NCBI GenBank assembly: GCA_032718475.1
Contig: JAUCBJ010001939.1
Location: 9,210 to 73,209 of the forward strand
Reading direction: 5' to 3'
Source: Nemertoderma westbladi
Taxonomy: Eukaryota; Animalia; Xenacoelomorpha
Length of the DNA stretch: 64,000 bases
In this document: piece after piece, positions 46,020-58,959 of the stretch
How the letters are laid out: each line of letters opens with the position of its first letter
Numbering within the stretch: position 1 is the first letter of the stretch
Program-made: the position numbers and the translations under genes
Notes under the pieces: generated by a model
What the model saw: the letters and a program-made list of their open reading frames with translations, nothing else
What the model was told of the DNA's origin: nothing
Databases searched by the model: none

Positions 46020-47162
46020 CTACTGGGACTGGTTGAAGGAATTAAGTCAAAGATCCTTCCCGCAGTTCTTACCTTTGTGGACTTAAAGAAAGCGTTTGAC
46101 CTCATCCATAGAGGTAAAAGGCTGGGAATCCTAGGAGCTTATGAAATACCAGAAGTAATTGTTGCTGTCATTGGATTGTTGTATTATTGTGACACAGAAG
46201 CTCGAGATGGTAAAACTGGGTTCTTCTCAATCCTGCCTGGTCTACTGCAAGGGGACATTATACACATTGGAACCATTACTATCACCCTGCCACAACTGGT
46301 AAGATCTTGGGTTTAGACTACAAGATCTCAAAAGCTGCAGATATCCGGCAACTACAGTCACATACACCATAGTTGCCGATGAGATTTCACTGTTCCTAGT
46401 ACGCAAGCATATGCACAACTTCTAGAAAATTGGAAAGGGCTGCTAAGGAAGTTGGATTGCATTTAAATCCGTGACCGAATACATGACTTTTAATGGAAGC
46501 TTTACCTCAATTAATTGATAATAATCAACTAAGGAAGGTTGACGACTTCCAGTACCTTGGGTCATGGATAGAGAGTAGCAAGAAAAGACAAGGGGTTATG
46601 GAAGCATGGGAAGTTAGGGAAGCATAGGCATGGGTAGCTCTATCAAAAATAGAAACCATTTGGAAATCAGATCTCTCCAGGCACCTGAAGACTAAATTCT
46701 TTCGAGCCACAGTAGAAAGTGTACTTTTATACGGGGGTGAGACCTGGACACTGACGAAATCACTTGAACAACGAATTGATGGTTGCTACACAATACTACT
46801 AAGGGCAGCCCTAAACATCAGCTGGAGACAGCACATGACAATCGCCGAGCTTTATGGTACAACAACACATGTATCAACAACACATGTATCAACCACCCTC
46901 TGTAAACGCAGATTAAGATTCAGTGGGCTCTGCTGGAGAACTAAAGACAAGGTCATACCAGATCTACTTTTCTGGCAACCAACACAAGGAAAGCGTAGCT
47001 GTGGATTACCGGCTATTATATAGACAAATGTGTACAATTTGGACTTGAGAAAAACGAAATCGCGACAACTATGGAGAATGGGGAGCCTGGAAGGATCTTA
47101 TTTCCACTGACTGAGCTCGCAAGCACTGAAATTCAAGAATTATCGCTCAACCTAGTAGTAGA
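46020..47162 (+). mobile_element. Second RTE-like LINE family, degenerate
   Basis: DLKKAFD, G.LQGD, DDFQYLGSWI, FRATVESVLLYG.ETWTLTK, RRLRF.G motifs with many frameshifts; ends cctagtagtag. Confidence 0.8.
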
Positions 47163-47923
47163 GTGTTAAGCGATCACACAAAGCGATGTCTGGGGCAGTC
47201 AAGTCATATAAATACCAATAATCCTCTATCGTGATCACTAACTCGAATTTTACGGCATATATTCCTGATTATTTTATTCATTATTTCGAATGAGCCTGAT
47301 TATTATCAATCAATGCAACATGAGTTCTATAAGTCGAAATCAAAGTCAAATGGGAGTATTTGGGTTACTCGATGGCGCATTTGATCCGCTAAACGACGCA
47401 CAGTGCATTGCTTTATGGCAATGAGGTTGCTTCATGGCAGGAGGGCCAAAAAGGTTAACTTTGATAAAACATAGGTTAACAATGTAATATTGAGAAAATG
47501 ATAATTAACCAATTTGAGAAATTTGAATTTTGAATCATGCAAATTTCAATTTCATGAACTAAGTTTTCCTTGCCTGATCATGGACCCGTTGGACAGGGTC
47601 AACAGTGAGAGTTATTGTTTTTGTTTTGCACTAATCGTGTTTTACGTCCTTGAACAAATTTCCCATGAATGGAAAACTTCAATTTTCACAACAAATTATA
47701 GTAATGCTTCAATTTATCAAATAAAATAAATTAATTAATTAACTTTATATGGGTGATAAGTTTCTTTCTTATGTTGAATTGATGGAATGATTTTATTAAT
47801 TTTTGCCAAGATATCACGACGTGTATGCGTTCATAATTAATTATAAAACTAACGTCAGGTGGTGGGTGAGGATTGGTCAATCCTTGACGCAGAACGGATC
47901 CACGTTCGTTTCAGTCTCGCGAT

Positions 47924-48787
47924 ATGGCCATGGATTTCGCTTTCGGTAGTATAGGGGCGATGGGTGGTGTTGTAGCCAGCCACCCATTCGATACCGTGAA
48001 GTCCCGTCTCCAGTCCCTCGGAATGGTGAAAGACATGGCCTATCGCAACCCAATACACTGCGCGGTGACCATAGTGGAGACAGAGTCAGTTCGCGGTCTC
48101 TACAAAGGGATGATGGGTCCGTTACTAGGAAACAGCGTCGTCTACGGTGTAGTCTTTCTCGTATATGGGACCGTGAAGGGATTCTTTCCTGAGGATAACT
48201 TGAAGTCTCAGGTGATCTCGGGTATGGTAGCGGGGGCCGTTCAGTCTATAGTTGGCTCTCCAGTAGAATTAGGTAAAATACGTTTACAGACTCAGGGCGT
48301 TAATAAGCATTTAGCCCGCGAAAAGGGCCTGTATACCAACTCGGTGCAGTGCGTTTGGGATATATACCGGCGCGAGGGGCTGAAGGGTTGCACTCGAGGT
48401 ATGCTCACTACGATCCTCAGAGATGCCCCGAGCTTCGGTGTTTATTTTCCCACCTACGACATTCTCCGGCAGAAACTCTCGCATAGCGGACACAAACGGG
48501 ATTCTAGTCTACGGGATATGGCCATAGCCGGTGGCATATCCGGTAGCTTATCCATAGCCGTTGTGTACCCCATAGATACGGTGAAGTCTCGACTGCAGCT
48601 GGACGGCCAGCACGGAAGAACGCGTTACCTCGGGATCCTCCACTGCGCCCGCTCCATCCTCCACGAGTCCGGAATACGGGGGTTCTTCCGCGGATTCGCC
48701 ACGATGTGTTTCCGTATGTTTCCTATGAACGCGGTTACCCTCACTACAGTTACATTTCTCTATCAGGCTACTGGTCATACATTATAA
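47924..48787 (+). CDS. SLC25A29: Mitochondrial carrier, SLC25A29-like (basic amino acid / carnitine-acylcarnitine-like group), intronless, nested on the same strand in PYG intron 12
   Basis: Three Px[DE]xxKxRLQ signatures (PFDTVKSRLQ, PVELGKIRLQ, PIDTVKSRLQ), MAMDF.FG start, RDAPSFGVYF; exact paralog (A29/A45/A48) not certain. Confidence 0.85.
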   Translation: MAMDFAFGSIGAMGGVVASHPFDTVKSRLQSLGMVKDMAYRNPIHCAVTIVETESVRGLYKGMMGPLLGNSVVYGVVFLVYGTVKGFFPEDNLKSQVISGMVAGAVQSIVGSPVELGKIRLQTQGVNKHLAREKGLYTNSVQCVWDIYRREGLKGCTRGMLTTILRDAPSFGVYFPTYDILRQKLSHSGHKRDSSLRDMAIAGGISGSLSIAVVYPIDTVKSRLQLDGQHGRTRYLGILHCARSILHESGIRGFFRGFATMCFRMFPMNAVTLTTVTFLYQATGHTL

Positions 48788-50846
48788 GTAATAATAGTTA
48801 CCAAGGCCGCACAAAGTATAGATAGACCTTTGTTTTAAATAGCGAAAAGTACTGAAACACAAATATAATAAAATCAGGTTATTTTACCCAATATATATAT
48901 TGTTTGATAGAGGCTCTGTTTGCATCCAATTACATATAACACCCAATTATACACAGTAGAATATAACTCACTTTTCCAACATTTTATACTCATTGGGTGT
49001 TCTGTGTTTCCTTTATGACATTTGGGGATGGGCCTCATATTTGTTTCGCTTGACACACTTGTTATATTTGATGATAATATAAATTCAATCATGGTGTCTC
49101 TCTAAAGTAAAGTAGACCCTTGTTACATCGTAAGGCAATCACCCTACCTAATTAAATCCCGCAATTGAACATTTATTTTACAGCGGAAAAATTTGAAGGC
49201 AATTTCATAAAAGTAACATTTATAAAAAGATGAATTTAAATAAAACATTCTACAAAATTAGAAATTTCACAAAAAAGTACTATTGTGTCAACTAACTGGG
49301 ATGGGCATATGGGCTCGCAATTGACGCACTTAATACAGTGTTTTATATTGTCCGTCAACATCATTGTGTTATTTAATTAATATTAATATTTTACGTATAA
49401 AACCTATTGTAGTAAAAGTTATAAATCGTGGGATGAAATGTATGTTTGGTGAACCCCAAGTGTAGTATAATGTTTATGGTAATATCTACTAAATTGTTTA
49501 TCCCTGATGATTTTTATTAAATTATCATTGGTTTTGTATTTTATATTTTTTTTATAACGTGATTCACCAATCAGCAATTAATAAAGGCAGGGATTATATG
49601 GATCAGATATATGGATTGCCTGTCTATATTTTTACAAGTCATGTCCAATCGGTAGTAAAATTTCTGCATATGGTGAAATTATCACAAAATTTCAGCCCCT
49701 GAAATCTTCCCAGGGGAAACTGTGCCCAGCAGACATCAGGCAGCGTCTCTGCAGGGTGATGCTGGGTTTTGGCAATGATATGCTACCATAGTTGTATAAC
49801 ACATCATTGCTTATTTGTGCGTCATATGCAACGTTATACAATTTATCCTTGAATAATCTTGATTTACGTGTAAGAATTTTATAATTCATTGATAATTGTA
49901 TCATACAATATAAAATGGGCAGAGAAACTGACAGACAGTCAGACCGACAGACAGGGTACATTTATCATGATACTGAACTTGGATTGTCTTGTTTTACTGA
50001 TAGGAATTTTACATTTCATTGATAATTGTAGCATACCAGGGAAACAGACATGCGGCGGACAAACGGACATACAGACAGACATGATAATTATAGTTCGACA
50101 TACTGACTAACAGGGGCTATTGTTTTACCTGGTTATTTTATATATATATACAGACAGACAGACAGACTGACAGACAGACAGACATAAACGTCTTATAAAT
50201 TTCAGAGACCTCATACGTTATAAAATATCTCAAGTAAGCAATTAAGGGTGCTTACACTGCAAAGTAATAGATAAAATATACTTAAGTACCATATTTTTCA
50301 TAGTTTGAAAATCGACAGACACATTTGACAGAGAGCCAGACAGACATGAGCGTATATTTTTTTGCAAGTCTATGTCCGATCGGTAGAGCAACTATATGTG
50401 GAAATTATCACAAAAATTCAGCACCTCAAGTCTTCCATTTTTTTACAGCACCAGCGCAAACACCAGTGGGGGGGGGGGGGGGGGGGTGTTGAATCGACCC
50501 CCCCCCCCCCCCCCCCCGGCTCTAAGAGGGTTAAGGACCTCCATGCTCCATAACTACCACCCTAAACTACAGTATTTAATAAATAAATTAATAAATATAT
50601 AAGGTATATTTAATATATCTTATTTATTTAATATACCTAATTAATAATTCTGGCTATAAATATTTGATGGCTTCTCGTCGTATTTTGTTGTTCGAGCTGC
50701 GTCTAAAGGACAATGCAAAGAAAAGGAGAGTTTTAGAACGATTTTACACGTTCGAACACTACAGTCACATAGAGTTCTATCAAAGATGCCGTTTTGACAA
50801 AGCGGTGTGGGTTTTTTACTGGAAGAGTTCGGATAAGGATTGGTAA

Positions 50847-51178
50847 GTGTGGGGCGAGCCACGAAGTGAGCGAAGCCTTAGCATATGGGTGCCATTGGCG
50901 AGTTGTCAGTCGTCGTCGTCTGTCGTCGTAAAGTTTTGTACGCTAATAACTCGGTCATTCCTTGATGAAATTAAACGAAACTTGGTATGTATGTAGTCCG
51001 TCAAAAGTTTAGAAAGAATCTGAAGTTTCGTCAAAAACGAACGAACGCAACCAGGCACAAGATTAGGACGAGTATTGTGTTGAAGACTTCTGACTAACGC
51101 CAGACAACTCGTTAATGGTACCCATATGCTAAAGGCTTTGCTCACTTCGTGCTGCGCGAAGACCCCACGAACGTGTAA
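50847..51178 (+). mobile_element. MITE/HINE-like element with ~60-bp imperfect terminal inverted repeats
   Basis: Left cacgaagtgagcgaagccttagcatatgggtgccattggcgagttgtc pairs with right gacaactcgttaatggtacccatatgctaaaggctttgctcacttcgtg; internal (gtc)n and taataactc...aaacttggta core. Confidence 0.75.
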
Positions 51179-52199
51179 GTTCTGCGAAGAACAACCCGTT
51201 GTCGCCTGAGACCAAGATGCTAATATCCTACTGTACTATAATCCTACTGTAATTCCGTTTAGTGAGGTCAGTTAGTGGGTGTGCTTAGTAAGGTGGTTAG
51301 GGGGGTAAACTGGCACTAACTTAAAAGTGTTAGTGTTAGTGAGCTTGGTGCAACGGTACTAAGAAAGTCTCACTTAAGTTAGTGCCACTAACACCGCCCT
51401 AACCGGTTAGTGGCACTAAGTAGTTAGTGGAGCTTGGTGCAACCGGCTGCTGGCCCCTTAGTCAGGGATGCTGTTTACTTATTGGTTTATTGAGTAAAAA
51501 ACAACCTGGACCAACTCTGATCCCGAAGTTTAATCACTCCAATCATTAACCTTGAATGTACGTTGTTGTCAGTTATCTTGATTCTGATCTGATCAGCGAT
51601 CTTTTATTATGTAAACTACTGATCAGTATCCTTGACGCCAACATCATAAGTTATCTACGGGCTCGCCTTCTACCCACGCAACGTTACCTCATGGAATAAT
51701 ATAGGTCACCAATTGGTACCCTGACTTGGTGCAACTACATATATTTTTTGATAAATCACATACAGCATTGTGATGATAATATTGTAGATATGCTTCACGT
51801 GTTTCGCGCTCGTTTATTGCCGTAATTAAATTTATTTGCTGATAATTTTATAATGAAATGTTTAATAATTATTAATGTTTAAACATTTTTAAGTGGAAAA
51901 CTATAAATTTGTTTTCTCCGCAAAGCATAATAATTGGGCCCATGTTAATAAGAAGAAGATCGTGACTTTACTGGGGCCAGAGGTAGTCGTAGAATAAACT
52001 TGGTTAATCTAATGGAAATGTTAATTGAGTAAAAATGAAGATATAAAATATGAGTTAATTAAAGAAATTAACAATTTTTGTAAAACCGCTTGATGAAAGG
52101 TTTTGCTCTCCAAAGCGCAACCATTTTTAACATAAAAGGCCTTGTACACAATACAATCCCTTTATTTCAGTTTGCAGTTTCCATAAATTATATTTATAG

Positions 52200-52327
52200 T
52201 TGAATGGCTCTTTGACAATCGGGACACTAGATGGCGCTAACGTCGAAATGAAAGAAGAAATGGGGTCGGAGAATATATTTATCTTCGGTATGAAAGTAGA
52301 TGACGTTGATCGATTGAGAAGCAAAGG
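52200..52327 (+). CDS. PYG: Glycogen phosphorylase exon 13
   Basis: [31 protein letters not shown] directly continues NMKFM of exon 12 in phase 0; tag acceptor, gtaagt donor. Confidence 0.93.
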
Positions 52328-52751
52328 GTAAGTAATTATAGTGTGGATTATCTTACAGTATGTTATGTACGCTAACAGTGCAGTTCGTTAGTTATTCTAC
52401 GTTAGGATAATAGATTATACCTCGTGTGATTGATTATTGTTCGGTCGCAGGATGTCAATATGCACTGCAGTACAGAACAACCACAAGAATGATCTAGTCC
52501 CGTATAGAAGTAATTTATCATTAATAATGCAACCAACATTTTCGTATTCTTGGCGCATCGTCATTAATCTATCTTTATAAATAATAATATATTTGCTATA
52601 TTTATTTTTGAGTTTAAAAAAATTACCCAGTTAAGGGTTATATATTTCAGTTTCAGGGTTAAGCTATCAGTAACATTTTGTTTCAATATCAGAAAGGCTA
52701 GAATAAATATGAATATAATTCATTTCAAATAATTTGTGTTAATAAACCACG

Positions 52752-53520
52752 TCTATTCCAACCCTCTCCATTATTCCAACCCCTCCATTATTCCAACCCC
52801 TCCATTATTCCAACCCCTCCATAATTCCAATCCCCCATTATTCCAACCCCTCCATTATTCCAACCCCTCCATTATTACAACCCCCCATTATTCCAACCCC
52901 ACCGATTATTCCAACCCCCCATTATTCCAACCCCACCGATTATTCCAACACCTCCGATTATTCCAATCCCCAATTATTCCAAACCCCTCCATTATTCCAA
53001 TCCCCCATTATTCCAACCCCTCCATTATTCCAACCCCGTCGATTATTCCAACCCATCCATTATTCCAATCCCCAATTATTCCAAACCCCTCCATTATTCC
53101 AATCCCCCATTATTCCAACCCCTCCATTATTCCAATCCCCCATTATTCCAACCCCTCCATTATTCCAACCCCGTCGATTATTCCAACCCATCCATTATTC
53201 CAATCCCCCATTATTCCAACCCCTCCATTATTCCAATCCCCCATTATTCCAACCCCATCGATTATTCCAAAACCCATTATTCCAACCCCGCCGATTATTC
53301 CAAACCCCATTATTCCAACCCCACCGATTATTCCAATCCCCCATTATTCCAACCCCTCCATAATTCCAATCCCCCATTATTCCAACCCCTCAATTATTCC
53401 AATCCCCACTATTCCAACCCCACCGATTATTCCAACCCCACCGATTATTCAAACCGCCATTATTCCAACCCCACCGATTAATCCAAACCCTCCACTATTC
53501 CAACCCCTTGTCTATTACAA
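52752..53520 (+). repeat. 17-19-bp C-rich minisatellite
   Basis: Unit variants of ccattattccaacccct / ccattattccaatccc / cgattattccaacccca. Confidence 0.93.
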
Positions 53521-55269
53521 CCACATCCATTGCGGAAAAGCCAACCAACCACCAAGGTTAAGGCTGAATCACCAGCCGATCGCCTCAATGGTTGGAAGGC
53601 CCACTTTGAAGAGCTCCTCAATAATGACAGGGTATTGCCTGATAACTTTATAGAAGTAAAAGTGTCTGAGTCTGTACTCCCAGATATTCCCATTGGCGAT
53701 ATCTTGCTGCAAAGAGCATTAAGACCAATCATGCCAGTGGATTAGATGGTGTTCCCCCTGAGGTCTTTAAAATACCTGAGTGTTTAAAGCTCATCTATCC
53801 CACCATAGTAGACATGTACCGAACAACAAGAGTCCCACAAGAAATGAAAACAAATAAGTTGGTGCCAGTTCCTAAGAAGGGCAACCTAACACTCTATGGT
53901 TCTTTTCGGGGAATCTCATTGATCTCGATTGCTGCAAAACTATACAATAGAATTATATTAAATCGCGTCAGGGATCCCATTGAGAGACTGCTCCGTGGAA
54001 ATCAGAATGGGTTCCGTAAAGGTCGTGGGACCATGGAGCCCATTTTGGCACTTAGAAGGATAATTGAAGAGTTATCAAAAAAGAAAGACAGGCATCTGGC
54101 TGTTATCTTTGTTGACTTCTTCAAGGCCTTTGATTCAGTCTCTCGCTCACGTATGTTCAGCATACTTTCATTATATGGTATTCCTGATGAAATTATTGCA
54201 GCAATGAGATCAGTATACGATGGTTCGACAACATTTGTGTCTACTGTTGACGGTGACACAGAACCATTTGAAGTGTTATGGGGCGTCCTCCAGGGAGACA
54301 CACTTGCACCATTCTGTTCATAATTGTGGTTGACTATGTCCTACGCATGTCCTTAGATCATCATAATGATGATGGGGTGATGATAACTCCACCTACTGGC
54401 TCCAGAAGTCGAGGTATTCCTGCCAAGTACCTAACTGATCGAGACTTTGCTGATGACTTAGGAGTACTCTCAGAATCACTAGAGGGAGCCCAACGGCTCC
54501 TCAGCTCATTAGAACATGCTGCTTCTAGTGTTGGTCTTTTTATTAACTCCAGAAAGACCAAAATTTTGACAGTTCACTTTGAAAGTCCTCAGCAAGTCTC
54601 TGATCGGATGAGCATAAGCTCAAAAGGATGGTATGCTTGAGCATGTGAACGACTTCTGTTACCTGGGATCATGGATCCGGAAGTCAGGTGAGGACCTTAA
54701 AATACGCAAGGGGAAGGGCAGTCTTGAATTGGCTTTCCAGGATTTGGAAGTCACCGAGAATTAATCGGCAACTTAAGGTCCGATTATTTAGAGCAGCAGT
54801 AGTTCCAGTACTCCTCTATGGGAGTCCATGCTGGGCTCTAACTGCTGAGGACACCAAATCTCTGGATGGCACATTCACAAGAATGCTACGCCGGGTTCAT
54901 TGTGTCAAGTACAATGCACACATCTCCAACCAGACACTATATAACATTGGAGATGTCTCATTGGTTCCCCAAAGTTTGACACTTAGAACAAAATCGCCTC
55001 CGCTTTGCAGGACATTGCTTTCGCCGTGAGGACCAGCCAGTGCATAATCTTGTACTTTGGCAGCCTCATGGAGTGAATAAGCATGGTGGACAGCCCATGA
55101 CTTTCTTGAGACGCATCTTAAAGGACACTGGCCTTGAAGATGCGGATGATCTAGCAAATGTCATGGGTGATAGGGAGTTGTGGCGGCGCAATTTTGTCGA
55201 CAAGCCGGCACAGAATTCTTAAAAATGCAGCTGCAAGGCAGCATGCCGATCCTAGTAGTAGTAGTAGTT
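53520..55269 (+). mobile_element. RTE-clade LINE, 5'-truncated, frameshifted RT
   Basis: PVPKKGNL, RGISL.SIAAKLYNRI, QNGFRKGR, FVDF.KAFDSV, GVLQGDTLAP, DFADD, YLGSW motifs across frames; (TAG)n tail. Confidence 0.92.
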
Positions 55270-56039
55270 ATTTCATACATACATAATTACATACATTCAT
55301 TCATTCATATGTGATGGGATGGGATGGTTGAATTTCATTTATTTTGGATGTCTTGGATGACCTTTTGACGCAAATATTATTTTCTTTCGTCTTTCATATT
55401 TTTTTTAATATTTACATACCCAAACCGGCTTTTTTAAAAATATCATAATTAGATAATGACAAACACATATTTGAATATATTATTTCTATCACATTTATTA
55501 CAGATTACACATCTGGATACTCTTAAATAAGTAATATATATATTTTCCACAAATGGAACATTGTTCCACGAAGTTTATATTATGAAAATAACAAATATAA
55601 AATCTACTTTAGTTCTCCATACATCATGGAGAAGCGGGATTTAACTTTTTATGTTAATATAACTCACTCCCGCAGTCGCTGCCATATTCTCATTTTGTTT
55701 TATGAATGATAGAGAACTTCGAAGCACCTGATTGAAAAATAAATAATCACCAAAAACAATTATGTTTTTGTATATTGAAAACTGTTTTACTTGTTACCTC
55801 GTCACATCTTTGTTTATAATTGGCCTCATTTAGGTTGTGAAAGTGATTTAGGTGTGATTTAGGGGTAAGTGAAAGACGCGCCGATGTAAAATAACTAATT
55901 ATTTAGTGAAATGTTTAAGCAATTTTCGAAAAATTACCATATCATTCCCTTTCAATAAAACAAATAGACTCTTTTCAGATATTGTAAAAAATGTAAATTT
56001 GTTCACTTGTAAAGTTTATATATTATGCTGCTACTGTTT

Positions 56040-56321
56040 CTAGTATCTCCGAAGAATTTTTTTTATAGTTTCTATTTTGGTAAATATCCCCCCTCCTGTG
56101 GGCAATCCTTTAACATTAAATAATGCGCCGGTTAGGAACTCAAGATCACATTTCTCCTTTCCTTTGTTTCGGATCAGTTCACTGATCCGGATCTCCAGTA
56201 GCCGATCTAGTTCGCTGTCCCTCTCAACCTCATCTCCATCTATCTCTGGGCAACCCGGGAATGTTACTATGATTACGCTGATGTTATCTTGGCTGCCCTT
56301 ATGCAAAGCAAGGTCAATAAT
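56040..56321 (-). CDS. PP2C (PPM1A/B-like) phosphatase, last exon
   Basis: IIDLALHKGSQDNISVIIVTFP...ELDRLLE.RI...GLP.GGG; acceptor ttttcttcccgcag. Confidence 0.85.
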   Translation of the reverse strand: MIDLALHKGSQDNISVIIVTFPGCPEIDGDEVERDSELDRLLEIRISELIRNKGKEKCDLEFLTGALFNVKGLPTGGGIFTKIETIKKILRRY

Positions 56322-56681
56322 CTGCGGGAAGAAAATGGCTAATTTGATTAATTTAATTATCTCATTATATACGGCTTTTTTCATCTCCGGTGTGTGCGAG
56401 AGATGAAGTAGATTTCGTTTCCCATTCAACACCACAAACCGAAACCCGCATATAGATGAATGATCATTTACATCCCCAAATATTCACGTTCCGTACTAAT
56501 GAGTTCTAATAATGAATATCAACAAACCGCCCCGTGAAAATATCCTCTTTACCAGCCTTTGCAACCATTTACTAACCAAATCCCACTCCCATATTATGCC
56601 TATACCACCACCTCACCCTTTACCCTATGTGTACATGACCTATCAACTCATTGTACCTACCAGTGCATATATTGCACATAC

Positions 56682-56882
56682 CTGGTTAGATATGCTAGGT
56701 AAGCTGTGTGTTACTTTCAGTCTTGAGGAGACCAAAGTGCAGACCTCAGCGCTACTCAATTCATCCCAAACTCCGTCGCAGGCTAGTACAACGAACTCAT
56801 CAGCATCGGGACTCCGAGGTATTGTAAATATATCTGGCTCGCAGCTCACCATCTGTTTGTTAGCTGGAAGCGTGGCCGCACT
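56682..56882 (-). CDS. PP2C (PPM1A/B-like) phosphatase, internal exon
   Basis: QMVSCEPDI...DEFVVLACDGVWD...SRL.VT; cag acceptor, gtatgt donor, phase 0. Confidence 0.87.
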
Positions 56883-57839
56883 CTGCAATGTGGAAGTACT
56901 TTAAGGTCACCTTATGTGGTTAATCTGGCTCTGAGTGTCGTGGTTAGATCTGGCTTAGTAGGGCTTAGCTGTGGGACAACAGGATTGTGTACAGACATAC
57001 AACGCACCAGGTACTGCTATTATTATAGGTACATCCATCGTTCGCTTGCTGGAGGTCATTAGTTCAATCCCAACCAGGGCAATCCCTAAAACATTATTTT
57101 TTTTATGATTCGCTCTCTTAGAAAGCTGGTCATGCAAGGATTCCAAATATATAGCACAATCTGAATTCCGTAGTTTGGTTTTGCATGGTTTTGCAACTGT
57201 GCGAGGCCATTTTATATGAGAGCCATAGGAGAGGAGGGGGGAGGCCAAGTTCCTGAATAAAAAGTCACCATAGTCCAGGACATGGAGTATATCTATAAAT
57301 ATATTAAATAACGCACGCAATATCCGTGCTCACACATATTTAAAGAAAACTGCCATGTTTTTTTAATTGATCTGGTACATTTTTACCCATGCCAAGTATA
57401 CCAGATTTCTGCTGTTATATTTCACTTTGCAGTTTACCTCCACGTGAAATATACGAAATTTCTGCTGTTATATTTCACTTTGCAGATTTTCTGATACCAG
57501 ATTTTCACTAAAAGGTTACAGACTACCACTGACAGGTTACCTAGGTTACAGAAAGGCTGAATCTAAACAAAACTATAAACGAACTAGTATATCTGTTCTG
57601 TATAGGTTATATTAAATAAATAGGCGCTATAGAACGCTTAATAAGAGTTTAAATTTTATTTATCTATCTTATAGTTATATTTTATTTAAAGCTTTAAAAT
57701 TCCCATAAAAATTTTACCGAGAAGTGAAAGCCTGGTATTTTTCACATGGGCGCAAATTTTAAATTAAACAAACGAATACTGCATGTTCCTTTGCGCTTAC
57801 ATCCATATAAAGACTATAATATCCGATGAAAGTACTCAC

Positions 57840-58124
57840 CTTAAACTCGTAGTCACCGAACCCTCTGCTCACAGACAGCACTCCGTTTATGCTCTTAGTA
57901 ATAATTTCACCCCCGGCTCCCTTAATCCTCATTACTTCCTCGGGATCTGTGGGCTTGTGGTCCATGGTTGTGAGAAAGACCTCCCCTCCCCGGCACAGGA
58001 AGGCTCGCGAGTCGCCTACGTTGATTAGGTATATGTGAGTTGGACTCACCAGGAGTACCACGGCTGTGCAACCGCAGGTATTGTCTGTCACCCCTGAGTG
58101 CCCTCCTATGCTTAGCTTCCTCAT
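57840..58124 (-). CDS. PP2C (PPM1A/B-like) phosphatase, internal exon (upstream exons not found in window)
   Basis: GCTAV...INVGDSRA...DHKP....E..RI..AGG....NG.LSVSRGFGDYEFK; gtttag acceptor, gtgagt donor. Confidence 0.87.
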
Positions 58125-58959
58125 CTAAACATAAAAAATCAAACTATATTCTTATTGTATATTTTTATTATATAAAATTAATCTTGAGCGATGGTGATAA
58201 ATTCAGTAAGGAGCAGTAATGCACTAATAGGACATTATCTTTAAACTTTGGGTTTGACTAAAGGCATATTTCTCATATTTCTATACATACGATAGCTATC
58301 AAATTTGCCTATCGTATTTGAATCAATTGTATGTGGATCAATAATGTATGTGCTATTCCTGTTACAGGTTACATGCTTAGCGCGTCTTTGAACGTATTGG
58401 TTATGATTGGTTAATATTTCTTAATTAATCGACCTAATGAGAAATATTATGCTTCCTATATAATTCTCTCTCACATTGTGTGGCGCACATTGACCCCAAG
58501 TGAAAAATATGATCTTCAGCGCAAATCGGTCGCATATGAAAGCAAGTATATAGAGTAGATGCAAACTTTCAAGTAAGATAGAACATATAATTAGTGCGGA
58601 ACGCCATGGACTAGTGCATCTTGAAAGGAAGTTCTATAATGTTGAAAGTTGACTGTTTATGTGTGAACAGGGGCGTAGCCAGGATTTGTCTTGGGGAGGG
58701 AAGTGGTAGAAAGGAGTGGTAGACATTCTGATTTACCGCCACAGAAAAGAACAACACATGTGCGATGAATTCAATCAACCTTGCGAATTGTTACAAAGTG
58801 ATTATAACAGATTCCCAAGATGCTAATCAGTTCGTCTGGGAGAAAAAAAAAACACAAAAACAATCGCATCTCCAATTTATAAGAGAAGCTGGGGACGCCA
58901 GAACAAAGTTACTGACTATAATATGTCAGGGGTTGCTTGGCAATGCCGTGTAGCTTTAA

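Larger units (their letters stand above)
12438..52327 (+). other. PYG: Glycogen phosphorylase gene span (13 exons visible; 3' exons not found in window)
   Basis: Colinear exons with GT-AG boundaries and compatible phases covering roughly the first 720 residues of animal phosphorylase. Confidence 0.95.

Noticed and set aside
49570-51450. (GACA)n-rich segment, GGGTTAA end at ~50530 and ggtgcaaccggc segment at ~51260-51450 as named elements
   Set aside because: Look like fragments of non-autonomous transposons, but paired ends and TSDs could not be established.
52736-53653. 305-aa Pro/Ile-rich ORF (extensin-like)
   Set aside because: Product of the ~18-bp repeat running into an RTE fragment.
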